DNA of 64,000 nucleotides, taken from contig NC_058130.1 in the NCBI RefSeq assembly GCF_016433145.1, forward strand, positions 206,031,143 through 206,095,142, given 5' to 3'. Position numbers and translations under genes: made by a program. Positions 36,130-48,764 of this stretch are shown here, piece after piece. Position 1 is the stretch's first letter; each line of letters opens with the position of its first letter. The notes below the pieces were generated by a model, which did not search any database, had not been told where the DNA came from, and saw only the letters and a list, made by a program, of their open reading frames with translations. This DNA is from Gracilinanus agilis. Taxonomy: Eukaryota.

Positions 36130-38850
36130 CTAGAAAGAAAGATGGTAATAGGTTAAGAATTCAATCAAGTAATACAAAAATGTGGACCTGAATAGCTATA
36201 ATACATCAACTTTCTAATAAAACACAAAATAAAATATATCTACAATGAAACCATTGTTTCCATGATGACTAATTGACTTGAACTGTCTTTTCTAAATGGC
36301 CCATTTAACAAATTTCACATTATGTATTTTGGCTAGGGAAACACTATTTAACTTATTAAGGGCTATCTACAGTTATTACAGTTATTAATTTAGACCTCAC
36401 TAATTTAGAGGACTACATTATGATAATGAATTAAAAAAATAAAATGTCTTCTTCCACACATTTTTTTTTTAGGGTGACACTCAAAACTAAAACAAATTCT
36501 AAGACCAGTTGCCTTTTTCTCAAGGGTAGATGATTCTTTTCAAGGATGCAAAGCTTCTTTAAGTTTGCCATCATCTGGACTTATTCATTTAAATTTAAGA
36601 TAGGGCCATTTTTTGAATTGTGTTTTTTGTAACATTATTTAAAGGAAAACAGAATTTTCAGTTAGCTCTAATTTGATAGTACAGGATTTGGTGATGGCTT
36701 ACCTAGCCAACTACCTTAGAGTGTTCCCCCACCCACCCACCCCATTTTATAGCTGACAAAACTAAGGCCCGGTGGGACAAAATGATTTTTCCAAGTTAAT
36801 GCAGGTATTGAATCTGTACTTTTTTTTAAAAAGTTTTTTGAGGTGGTATATGTAATTTGTTTCTAGATTGCATAAGGAAGTTTTGAATTCTAAAAGGAAA
36901 GGAAATACAGTAGACCTAGTTTTGAGTAGAAGACAAGAACTGGTAAAGGAAATATAATTTATGAGTCAACCATTATTAAAATAGCTTCAGTTCAATCCTT
37001 TGATAGGGCAGGAAAAACAAAAAGTAAAATTATCACTTAATTGTTCAGTTTTAGAAAAAGAAAATTAAGTGGTGGTTTTAATTAGGAAAAAAAGAGAGAA
37101 CATCAAATTAAACAGTAAATACCTACAGAAAAACCCTTATACTTTCTTTTAATTTTAATTTTTTTGTTATTTCACACTCGACAAATATTAAATATAAGCA
37201 TTTCCATAGTTACAGGAGTACCGAAAAATTGTACATGAAAACATAAATCTCTTACATTTTTAAAAACAATAAACTCAATACAATATCATAAATCCAGGTA
37301 TAGGTACCATAAACAAAAAATGAGCAAGTACTTTTTTTAAGAAAGAACAATAAATTTTCATGACTAGTTAAGTAAAACAAATGAGCAAGGTAAAATTACA
37401 ATAAAGCCACTAGAAATCAAAAGAATAATCAGAACTCACTATCTACAAAATTGAGAACACATAATAATTAGAATATCTTAAAAAACATAAAATACCCCAA
37501 CTATAAGACGACCAAATAGAGATCTTAAATAGCCTGATCTTGGAAAAGGAAATAGACATATAAATATATAAAATTTACAAGTAGGTATATTTTAAAAAAC
37601 CTGTACCAAAGAACAAACCTCCTACACTTGACAGATTCAGAGAATTGTATCAAAATTTTAAAGGACAGTATGAGTTTAAAGGACTCAAAATGCACAAATT
37701 ATTCTCAAATATTATGAAAGAACTACTAGAATCCTTTTATGAAACAAGTATAGTTTTAAACCAGGAATAGATAAAACACAGAAAGAAAATCAGTATCACT
37801 AATGAATACTGACTCAAAAATTTTGGACAAAATCCTATTAAACAGATTACAGTACTGTGCCAAGGAAATCATTCATTATGATCAAGTAGGATTTATAGCA
37901 GGAATACAAAATGGCTCAAATCTAGGGAAAGAATATAATTACTCATAACCCAAACCAAATGAAAATCTGGAGAGATGCAGAAAAAGCCTATAACAAAGTT
38001 CAACACATTTTTATGTTAAAAACTCTAGAAGTTGAAGCATAGAGGGACCTTTTAAAAACATCATTAAAAAAACCATCATCTAAAACCAAAGCAAACATAT
38101 GTAATAGGATACACTAGAACCCCTTCCAGTAAATACAGAAGAGAAGCAGGGATGTTCACTTTCCCCACTGCTAATTGATGTGGTATTAAAAATATTAGCA
38201 ATAGCAATAAGACAAGAGAAAGGAATTAAAGGAATAGATAGTAAAGAGGAGATAAAACTATCTCTGCTAATGATATGATGATTTACTTAGAAAACTCTTG
38301 GGAATCAGCAAACATACTAATAGAGACCATAACTTCAGCAAAATTGCAGGCTACAAAACAAATCCTCAAAAAATCAACATATATATACATACACACATGT
38401 ATATATGTATATACATATATACATATATAAAACATATAACAAAGTACAAGAAGCAATAATAGAAAGGAAATCACCTTTCCAAATAATTACAAAATGCATA
38501 AAATATCTGGGGATCAACTTCCTAAAGCATGCAAAAGACATATAGATTCAATTACAAAGTACTCCTTAATAATCAAAATAGCTGGAGGGATAGTCAGTGC
38601 TCATGGCTAGGCCATGTCAATATAATGAAATTTATACTTTTAATACACTTACCAAATTACCAAGAGGACACTTTACACAGCTTGACAAAATAATAACAAA
38701 ATTCATTTGGAAAAACAAAAGATCTAAAGTATCAAGTGAAATGATGAAAAAAAGTAAAAAGGAAGAAATAGCACTCCTAGACCTCAAACTATATTATAAA
38801 AGTAGCAGTCATCAAAACTATCTAATATTGGTTAAAAATCATAGGTCAAG

Positions 38851-39050
38851 GGGGCAGCTGGGTAGCTCAGTGGATTGAGAGCCAGGCCTAAAGACGGGAG
38901 GTCCTAGGTTCAAATCTGGCCTCAGACACTTGCCAGCCATGTGACCCTGGGCAAGTCACTTGACCCCCATTGCCTACCCTTGCCACTCTTCTGCCTTGGA
39001 GCCAATACACAGTATTGACTCCAAGATGGAAGGTAAGGGTTTAAAAAAAC
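38851..39050 (+). mobile_element. SINE1_Mdo-type SINE inserted in L1
   Basis: Full length; flanks share CATAGGTCAA (TSD). Confidence 0.93.
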
Positions 39051-39233
39051 AAAACAAAACATAGGTCAATAGAACAGATTAAAGAAAAGACAGAAACAAG
39101 AGAACTAAGTAACCCAGTGTTTGATAAAGCAGAAAACATAACTTTTCTAAGGAAAAACTCCCTATTTGATAAAAACTGCTGCAAGAGAAGAGAAGAGAAG
39201 AAAAGAGAAAACTCCCTATTTGATAAAAACTGC

Positions 39234-39318
39234 GAAAAGAAAAGAAAAGAAAAGAAAAGGAAAGAAAAGAAAAGAAAAGAAAAGAAAAGAAAAGAAAAGA
39301 AAAGAAAAGAAAAGAAAA
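39234..39318 (+). repeat. (AAAAG)n microsatellite
   Basis: About 17 near-perfect GAAAA units. Confidence 0.97.
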
Positions 39319-39515
39319 GGTAGCTAGGTGGCTGAGTGGATTTAAAACCAGGCCTAGACATGAGAGATCCTGGATTCAAATTTGACCTCAAAGATTTCCT
39401 AGCTGTGTGACTCTGGGCAAGTCACTTAATCCTCATTGCCTAACCCTTACAGTTCTTCTGCCAGGGAACCAATACACAATATTGATTCTAAGACAAAAGG
39501 AAAGAGTTTAAAAAA
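39319..39515 (+). mobile_element. SINE1_Mdo-related SINE
   Basis: tagctaggtggctgagtgg...ggattcaaatttgacctc...gggcaagtcacttaa...aaccaatacaca. Confidence 0.88.
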
Positions 39516-41089
39516 CAAAAGAAGAGCAGTCTGGCAGAAATCAGGCTTAGTGTTAGAAGTTTGTGGAATCAAAAATGGGTAAAGAACATTCAGTAAAGAG
39601 ATCTTGTTAGTCTTAATAGGGTCTATTCTCACATTCTAATCAGATATCTGACGAACCACTGAGTTAGAGGTCAAATAGTTTTCTCTATATCCAGAGCTGT
39701 TTCTAGTGTTGAAAATGAAGTTTGGGAGCAAACATGCCTCACGTAGCTTAGTTACAGGCCCCTTGAGGTGAATTTATGGGAAGATAGTGACAACAGTTGC
39801 ACAGAACAAACAAGAATGATTTGGTTGCAATGTGTATCATTGGCAGGAATGATCACATCAATAAAAGATATACTGAAACACTGGAATAACATAAGGAAGT
39901 GGCAATTTCCAAATATTATTATTTAGTCAAGTAGGAAAAAAAATCACAGAATTTTGCATGTGATAAAACCTTAGGGATCATCTTTTTCCATTCTTAACAT
40001 TTTATTAATAAGGAGAAAAAAGCTGATTTATGTCAGACTAAACAACTAATATACCTAAGAACAATGATTATGATCCAGGTCTTCTGACTAAATGCTACTC
40101 TTTTCACTACAATACACCTTACAAATGGCAAGTGCTAACTCATCTGTGCCAATATCTCATTTACTTATTTCAGTTCTTAGAGGAAATAAACTGTGAATAT
40201 GAGTAATCCCTGAAGGAAATGTATCTGGATTTTCAAATTTTCTTGCAAGATATCACACCAAAAAATATTAAGCAGTGATTATTTTGTCACATTTGTCCCA
40301 AAGGCTGCCCGAGCCCCATATGATGGGAATACCAGTAGCAGGGGCTCTTCCCCCTTGTTTTATCTTCAGGACTCCCCCCCCACCCCCCCACCCCCCCCAT
40401 CAAACCTAGGCTACCTAGAACCCATGGTAGAAGAATATGGCTCTTCAAACCTCTTGGATTACTTTGGAGTAACCAACTAATTACAAGTCTTCTACTGAGA
40501 TAAGACTACTAGGCCTTAATTTCTGCCCAGTCACTGCACCTCAAGTCCTCCAAGCCTTAATATCTGTTCTATTCCTGTGCTCTCCGGTCCCTTAGGCACT
40601 GTCATATGATGTAGTAGTATACCCTAAAGATCCCTGAACTTTGCCATCTGTCCCACCATTGCACCATTAGGTCAACTTCAGCCCTGAAGGTCTTTTTAAA
40701 CATGTCATCTCCTCAAATTAGTGTAAATTCATGAGCCAAAACTGTTTCTTTTTTGTCTCCTCAGCACTTAGTACAGGATTTGGCATATAGTATATGCCAG
40801 TCATACAACAGCATAATGAATCAGTTTATTTGTCATAGAGAATGACAATATTTTATTAAATGCCTACTATGTGTACTACACTGTGCTAATGCTAAGCACT
40901 GGGGATTGAAATATGAAAGGAGTCCCTGTCCTCGAGGAGCTTACAATCTAATAGGAGAAAAGGTAACACATAAGAAGAAAACTGAAAAGGGGATGGAGTT
41001 GAGGGCAGCCTGGGAAGGTAAGTGGATATGGAGAGCATGGCAGGAGCATTAAGACAAGTCCCAAAACAGTGCAGCTAGGTGAGATTCTT

Positions 41090-42310
41090 TTTCTGTGAAT
41101 TAGTACAACCATTTTAGAAAGTAATTCAGAATTATGCATATAAAGGAACTAAAATGTCTATATCCTTCAACTCAGAGATTCCATGCTAGGCATATACCCC
41201 AAGGAGGCCACAGATAAGAAAAAAGGTTCCATATACACCAAAATATTTATAGCAGTTATGGCAGTTTTCATTATAGCAAAAAACTGGAAACAAAGTCAAT
41301 GCCCATCAACTGAGAAATGGCTAATAAATTGTTAAACAGTATAAACAGGTATAAATTCACCTTACAGTAAGTGTAGGATAGTATATTTAAGCAAAAAGAA
41401 TTCAAAGCCTCAGTTACTGCCCAGAAAAGATATTTAGAGTAGACTGCTATCTACGGTCCACTATACAGAAGCCAAAAGTGAATATAAGCCAAAAATCATC
41501 ATTTTATTCCCCTCCACCATGCCGGGCTTCTCCCACTTCCCTGTGTAATTATACCTGTAATGCTACAATTCTGGTTAAAAAGCATGACAAAGGAGAATCT
41601 AATCCAAATAATCATAATAATCAACGGCATGAAGAAGCTATGATAAGAAAACGGCTCTTCAATCCCTAAAGATGAAGGCTGAGAGGATACTACTGAAACT
41701 ATTAAAAGCTGAGCTTTAGAGGGTATTTTTAAACAATTACAAGAAAGTATCATTTTACATAGTGGCTAGAGCAAAATACTGCCTAGAAACATTTGTCCTT
41801 CAATTAAAACTTTATTTATAATAATCATTTTAATAATTATTTATTAACATTAATATTATTTACTAACATTAATAATAATCAGTTTATTATTATTTGTATA
41901 ATTGAAATCATTATATTGAAAGAGTTGCCAAAATATTAAAAAAAAAAAGTTCATAGCTACTCTCAGTAATACAATGATCCAGGACAATTCTGAAGAGCTT
42001 TTTGACAAAGAATGCTATCTACCTAGAAAGAACTGTTGGGATCTGAATGCAGATCAAAGCATACTGTTTTCCCCATTAGTTTATTTAGGGTTTTATTCTG
42101 TAGTATTGGTTTTATGTAAGTATTTTCTTACAATAAACAATATGGAAATATTTTGCATGATAATAAATGTATAACTGATCAAACTGTTTACCATCTCCCT
42201 GAGAGGGGGGAAAAGGAAGGAGGGAGATAATTTGGATATAATTTTGTAAAACAGTATGTTGAAAATTGTTATCAGTAATTTGGAAAATAAAATATCTTTG
42301 AATAAAAAAA
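41090..42310 (+). mobile_element. Two old L1 3' fragments (about 41090-41340 and 41890-42310)
   Basis: ctaggcatataccccaagg...caaagtcaatgcccatcaactgagaaatgg (ORF2 end) and caatgatccaggacaattctg...gaatgcagatcaaagc (3' UTR). Confidence 0.75.
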
Positions 42311-42539
42311 GTTCAAAGAACCTCAGATTAAGAAATTTTGGAAGATTAATGAATAAGTGAAAGAAACCTAATAGATAATTAAGGGAAACTAAAGATATTT
42401 GGGGTCCAGATGCTTAATTTTTTTAAGTGACTTCATGCCACAAGGTAAAGTTATCTACTCAATAGTGTAACAAGCTAAATAAATCTGTGCTTTCAAAAAA
42501 AAAAAGAATATTAATTTTGGTTTCCTTAATGACTTTTTC

Positions 42540-42790
42540 CAAGACAGCTGAAACGTAGTGGATCAAGAACAGAGGTTAGGCAGACAGAGTTCAACCTGGG
42601 GTAAGGTTGATCTGAGTTCACCCCCAATATGATACTAAAAAAGTTACTTATCTTTTCTCCTCCGGTTTTCTCATTTCTAAAATGAGATTAATAATAACAT
42701 CTGCCTCCCAGGGCTGTTGTGAGAACAAAACAATATAATTTTGTAAAGAAATTTGCAAACTTTAAAGGATTATATAAATGTTAGGAATGA
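42540..42790 (+). mobile_element. MIR fragment
   Basis: ggttttctcatttctaaaatgagattaataata...ctcccagggctgttgtgaga MIR core. Confidence 0.75.
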
Positions 42791-43559
42791 CTACACTTGA
42801 AATCTGAAAGAACTGAGTTCAAAAGTTCTACGTTTAACATATACTAAGTGTGTCACCAGGAATTGTCATTGAATCTCTGAGTTCCAAGCAAGCAGAGTCC
42901 CAAGACCAGAAGTTACTGATAAATTACATATCTGCATTGAGGGAAGGTATAAATATACCTAAGTCATGTGCTCCCCACACTGATATCAAAGGTGGAGGAA
43001 AAACACTTTGTTTTTACACACTTTAACTTGTTATAACAAACTATTCTCTAATACTTCAAGGCTCTTTTACACTTTTCAGAAAAAAAATGAAAACTAAAAA
43101 TTCACACCACCAAAAATGAAGTGATTGAGTTTGGTTTTATGTAAATTGGGTTTAAGATTACGGAGATTTCTAGCTAGTATGGCCTGGCAAACACTCGTAG
43201 ATGCAAAAAGAAAGCCTTGTAGAGTGGCTAAACCACTAGCTGTGGCGTCAGGGGTCCTGGGTTCAAATACTTTAACACACTGTCTTTCTTACTCTAGGCA
43301 AGTCTCTGGACTACAGTTTCTTCTTCTGTAAAAACGAGGGGAAAGGCTAAGATTTGCCAAGCTTTGCCTCACATGCTCAGTAACCTTTTCGTCCACTTAG
43401 TCCTATGCTAGAATTAAGATTGTGACTGACCCTAGATTGATTTAATGTGTTTCCTGGAAAATACTTAAAGATTTCAGCGTTTAGGGTTTGTTTTATTTAA
43501 GAGCACTACTATGACAGCAGCAGAGATGCGAAGTGGTCAAGAGACTACTCCTCTATCCT

Positions 43560-44260
43560 CACCATACTCCCCCACTCCCGGGTCACCGAGGAGAGGATAG
43601 GGAGTGCCTATCCCTAGCGGGGCTTCCCGCGAAGCCTCCAGCGCAGGGGGAGGTCCCGAGGCAGAAACCCCGCAGGCCCCAATCTCCCTCCTACCGAGGG
43701 GTGACCCCCAGTCCCGCACCTCGCTTGGCGGAGGAAGCTCTCCGTTCCCGCAGTGAACATCCTGTTGCCGGTGAAAAAAATCCACCTCCCCGCCCAGACA
43801 CCAAGCGGAAGACCCTAAGTCCCACGGATCGTTTCTGCCGGAAGAAGAAAATCTCGTGAGAACCATTCCCGCGCAAGAGGGAATGAAGGAGGGGCCCCTC
43901 AGTTTTAGGGGCGGGGAGAAACTGGCTCCTGATTATCACGTGGCGCGCAAAGGCGCATGTGCACCCTGAGCCGACGCAAATGTGCAACTGACTTCCACTA
44001 AGTACTAGAGGCCGTAGGCTGCTTCCGGGAGATTGACCTGGACCTCATTGCTCCTTGAGTCGCATCACTTCGCCGGTGTAGTTGTTATCTGCGCCGAGCC
44101 CTTAGGAAAAAACAGCATTCAGACTGCCAGGGGATGCTGGGAGAATTTCATCCTCCTGGCCCCTTGGTTTCCCTCCCAGAGGATACTCAGGCCTGGCCTT
44201 GGCCCCTCCTCCCAGACCACGCCTCGGTTCTGACCTCCCCGAGTCTACCCGGGCAGAACC
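43560..44260. promoter_or_regulatory. AP5Z1 CpG-island promoter
   Basis: The only CpG-dense non-repeat segment in the window. ETS CCGGAAG about 43837; TCTCGTGAGA 43852-43861; GC box 43908-43916; E-box CACGTG 43937-43942; NRF1-like GCGCATGTGC 43953-43962. Confidence 0.88.
43720..43760 (-). CDS. AP5Z1: AP5Z1 exon 1, coding part
   Basis: AGG ATG TTC ACT GCG GGA ACG GAG AGC TTC CTC CGC CAA GCG AG|gtgcgg = MFTAGTESFLRQAR (human MFSAGAESLLHQAR); 41 nt. Confidence 0.96.
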
Positions 44261-44329
44261 TTTGGCAATTTGAGCCCTTTATGCCGCCATCCTAATTGAC
44301 TGAAAGTGAGAGAACCTTTCAGAGGACGA

Positions 44330-46035
44330 GCTGGGGCCTTGTCATTGTCACAGTTTCCCTAAACCTTCCCTACATTCCAACTTCCATATTACTACTGGGC
44401 ATCACCTCTCCAGTTTCCTAAGCTTGCAACTTTGGTGTCGTCCTCAACCTGTCACTCACTTTTCCAAATCCAATCGATCTTACCTCCTTAATATCGCTTG
44501 CATATGCTCCCTTTTCTCTTCTGACTGCCTACACCCTGGTGTAGGTTCTAATCAATCTTCTCACATCTGAACTATTGCAGTAGCCTGCTGGCCAGTCTCC
44601 CTGCTTCAAATCTCTTCCCAGGCTTTCACTCAGGTGCCAAATTAATCTTTCAAAAGAACAAGCCTGATCTTGGCACCCTTCTAGAAATTCCAGTGGCTCC
44701 TTATCACTTCCAGGTTCTGCTTGGCTTTTAAAGCTCTCATGACCTGCCCCCTTCCTACATTCCCTGTCTTTTTTAAACCCTTACCTTGGAATCAATACTG
44801 GATATATTGGTTCCAAAGCAGACGAGCAGTAAGGGCTAAGCAATGGGAGTTAAGTGACTTGCCCAGGGTCACACAACTAGGAAGTGTCAGGTCAAATTTG
44901 AACCTAGGACCTCCCATCTCTTGCTCTTGGCCTGACTCTCAATCCACTGAGCCACCCAGTTGCCTTCCCTCCTCCTCCCCCTTCCTGTCATCTTAACCTG
45001 ACTCCTCTCCCCAAACTCCATGATTCAGCAACACTGGCCCCCTTGCTATTCCTCATACATAACAATCCCATCTCCCCACTCCACTGCATTTTCACTGGTT
45101 GTCCTCTGTGCCTGAAACTTTCCCTCTTCATCTACCTCCTGGCTTCCTTCAAGTCTCAGCAAGTCACTTTTCCAGCAAAAAACCTTTTTCCAGTCCTCAT
45201 CAACCCTTTGAGATTACTTCCAATTTATACTGTGAGTGTATATATTATATCTATGTATACATGTGTATATATATCTATATCTATAAAACATGGAATGTGA
45301 GGGGAAAATAGGAACCACAATTATTTTACAGCCTCTGGATGGACTAATAACAAATATCCCAAACCACTTGGTGGCCTAGTATTAGAAAGCCCCCACCTCT
45401 ATGCAAGGACAAGATAAAGCATAGTATTAGAAAGCCCCCACCTCTATGCAAGGACAAGATAAAGCTTATAGTCTCATTCAACCTTGAGGGTGGACTTAAC
45501 TACTGCCCTTGGATAAGAGACCCTGCAGTTTTTCTAAAAAGGCTATTTTCACAATTGTAAAACTATTCTCTTCTCCTTGTCACCTGCCCTTGAACAAGGA
45601 ATGTTTTTTTTCTTATAACACATCTTGCCACCTGCATTCCAACTATTCCCTTTTTCTTCATTGACTAATAACTCTTTTTTCTACCCTTCCTTCTCCTATG
45701 AAATGCTTTTATTTCTCTATCCTAAGCTGCTGCTACAGAATGCTACTGATTAATAGTATATTCTAAGTGGGCTGGAAAGATAATAAAAACCAAATCTATA
45801 CTCTTAGGAATCTGAATTTGCTATCAGACCCCAGCTGACTAGTCTGCCTCTCCCAAGAGGGTTAGAGAATTCTCCAGCACTACAGTTTGCAACTTGACTT
45901 CCCCACTATGGTGAGCAGCTTGAGAGAAGTGAAACTGAGTTTGTTTGTTTGGGGGGGGGGGGGTTTGGTCTTTTTTTTGTATCCCCAGTGATTAACAGTG
46001 TCTAGCACATAGGTGCTTAATAAGTGCTTATTGAT
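44330..46035 (+). mobile_element. L2 3' fragment interrupted by a SINE (about 44775-44968, -) and an LTR-like insert
   Basis: Pyrimidine-rich L2 body; L2 tail ttttgtatccccagtg...gcacataggtgcttaataagtgcttattga at about 45975-46035. Confidence 0.75.
45296..45884 (+). mobile_element. Probable solo LTR containing a 45 bp perfect tandem duplication
   Basis: TG...CA-bounded insert of about 590 bp splitting the L2; AATAAA near 45781. No TSD could be confirmed. Confidence 0.45.
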
Positions 46036-46036
46036 G

Positions 46037-46240
46037 GGGCAACTAGGTGGCTTAGTAGAAAGAGAACCAGGCCTGAAGATGGGAGGTCTGGGGTTCAAAT
46101 CTAGCCTTAGACACTTACTAGCTATGTGACCCTGGGCAAGTCACTTAACCTGAATTACTTAGCTCTTATCACTCTTCTCCATTTAAACAGATACTTAATA
46201 TCCATTCTAAGATAGACCTTAAGGGTTTACTAAACAAACA
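46037..46240 (+). mobile_element. SINE1_Mdo-related SINE
   Basis: ggggcaactaggtgg...gggttcaaatctagccttagacac...(AAAC)n tail. Confidence 0.88.
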
Positions 46241-46894
46241 AACAAACAAATAAATAAATGTTTATTGGCAAATTCTGAGCCTGTGCTTTTAGGAAGATGC
46301 TTCAGCATTCAAATATGTTTCCCAACCTACATTGTAACAAGTACACTTTAAGTTAGGATTCTTCTAGGCAAGTAAAGATTCTATGTGAAACTAAAATGAA
46401 CAAAGCACAAAAAATGATTTTCAGGTTTGTCAGCTGCTGTTTTTAATTGGTCTCAAGAGTAAGGCTTTAACATTTTCTTCTGATGTAAGATAATCGATTT
46501 TTCTAGTACTCTGAGGCATTATAACATTTTCTGGCCAGACAACCTAACTGATTAGCTTGTGCTGCTCTTAAAACAAAACAAAACCTGGAGTATTTAAATA
46601 ATGATATTTCACTAACAAGTTACTCTAGGCCTCCTATTATAGGAAACCATTTTATCTAAAAGTCATTTCCTTGGTTTCCACAATGATGAACTTTTAGAGA
46701 GGCAGTGATGAAAAATGAGGGGGCAGGGGGGGGTTGGGGAGGGTGGGGGGAAGGAGACAGCTTAGACAACCTCTCTGTGGAAAAGCTGTTAGTTGCCATT
46801 AAAACTCATCATAGTCTATCTCCCACCTACCTTTCTGAACTGATTTTTGCTTCTCTTTAATCATACTTAATCATAGTTCTTTAATCATATGCAG

Positions 46895-47110
46895 CTCTTG
46901 TCCAGGTTCTTCCATGAATTCTCCATGAAGGATCTGCCCAAACTGCTTGAGGCCTTTCTCTAGATATTTGTGCATTTCAAGAGTACCAGTGGAATGCTCT
47001 GGCTGACTGACCATTCTTCATGCATGCGACATGACTGTTTCACTTCTATTTCTAATCTTAGTTTCCTTAATGATCTATCCCAAACATAACTACTTGAACA
47101 TAGATTATAA
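46895..47110 (-). mobile_element. RTE LINE fragment
   Basis: ccattcttcatgcatgcgacatgactg...cacttc resembles the reverse of RTE ORF sequence. Confidence 0.5.
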
Positions 47111-48764
47111 TTGTTAACATGCTGCTTACTTTAATTCACCACAGTTTTTTTCATTGTTCTGTTTCAACTGCAGTTTTCAGTCACTAGTCAGTAAATAGTG
47201 CCAACTAGGTACAAGGCACTGTGTTAAGCTCTGAAGATCTAAAAAAAAAAAAGGGAGTTACTTATTCTTTTAAGAATTGTTAAATTAATCTTAACTTTCA
47301 TTTCTTGGAGAGTTTGGTGTTCTAAGATCCAAAACAATTCAGTATTCATTAGTGGAAGCTCATTTGTGTGGAGATGAGTCTTTGTGTCAGGACTACCATG
47401 GTATTGTTTTAAAAGCATTATTATACATTCTTCCAAATGCTATCCAGGCTGCTTTCTTCCTTCTATCCAATTCTGGGTCTATCTGTAATGGCTGGCACAG
47501 ATTTATGTACTGACATACTAGCTTAATGGACTGACCCATATCGACCTGAACAAGAAGCATTTTCTATCCATTAAGTTTTTCAGTCAGTTAACTAGCACTT
47601 ATTTATTAAGTGCCTACTATGTGCTACCATGCTAAACACTGAGAATACAAAGGTAAAAAAAAAAGTTATTCTGTAAAAATTGTTAAACTAATCTCTTTTA
47701 AGTATCAAGGATCTCACTGAAAAGCCTTTATAGTCTGAAGAGCTTGATTATAAATAAGCAACTTAGTAGAAAATGCAGCCTTAAAAGCTCTTCCAACTAT
47801 GAAGATTTGCAAGCTGTGGTGGGAATGACTTGTTTTATGTTTTATGTAGGCTGAACTGGTCCTTTCAAGGGGCAGAGAGGCCATTCAGCTTTCTCCAACA
47901 CTTAAAGCAAAAAAAAGCCCAGCCTACGTGGAGTTGGTGTCTAAGATTTCTACTGTTCAGTGGGATCAACTTTCTGACCTAGCAAGGCCAGTAAATACCA
48001 AGGTGGAAGAGACTAGCTGTTTTATCTGAATTACTATTTTCTTAACTTTAGGAATATACCTTTTTTATTCTTTTTTAGTAAAGTCATTTTTATTGCATTT
48101 TTTGGATTCATGATTGTCTCCACTCTGATTCTAATGCCAGGCTTGAATTATTCACTGGATCTGAATGAGTTAATTCTGGTCCCGAATATTTGGCATAAAA
48201 GTTGTTTATAATAACTTTGTGATTAAGTTCACTCAAGTGGGAAAAGAATGGTGTAAGGGAAAAAAATCTTTGGATAACTGGAGAGCCAGATACAAAACTT
48301 TTGTATCTTGTGACTTTAGCACTGTTAAGGTATATGGATATTCCTTTTCAGGATAAGTAAGGACCTCCTCTGCATCTAGGAATATTTAAGACATTTGACT
48401 AGAAGAGTGGAAAACATAGCAAAACTAAATATTTCTTGGCTATTAGTGACTTTGGAAAATCCAGATCACTAATATTAAGGAAAATAAAGATAAATTGTCC
48501 TTGCACAGGTGTCAGTAGAGATAGAGTTGACTGAGCTTTTTGATCTTTAAGGAGTACCTTATTGAAGGCAAAGGGAATTGCTTATGAATCTAATAAAGGC
48601 AGTCTTAATGAATGAGGATGAGACCGATGGGCTATAGAAGTGAAGTAAAATCTTTGTCCCGGAGAATGTTAGACAATATGTTGAAGCTGGGTGAGATCAG
48701 AGATATTAGGGTCAGAGAATAAAAGCTAAAAAGAATATGAAAATTGGAAGTAGGTACCCTGAAG

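Larger units (their letters stand above)
37300..39550 (+). mobile_element. Old degenerate L1 ORF2 fragment interrupted by two SINEs and a microsatellite
   Basis: L1 RT-like sequence (gatgcagaaaaagcc, agagaagcagggatgttcactttccccactg); ORF 38597..38878 has LDKIITKFIWKNKR...LDLKLYYK. Confidence 0.85.

Noticed and set aside
39041-39391. ORFs with FSFLF or KRKEK repeats (39041..39391, 39117..39323) and the SINE-derived ORF 52950..53183
   Set aside because: Translations of the (AAAAG)n microsatellite and SINE sequence.
43533-44330. ORFs 43533..43859, 43691..43987 and 44033..44233 as a divergent head-to-head gene
   Set aside because: GC-rich CpG-island ORFs with no recognisable domain. I found no convincing + strand splice donor or downstream exon before L2 sequence begins at about 44330. 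Non-coding divergent transcription is possible but unsupported here.
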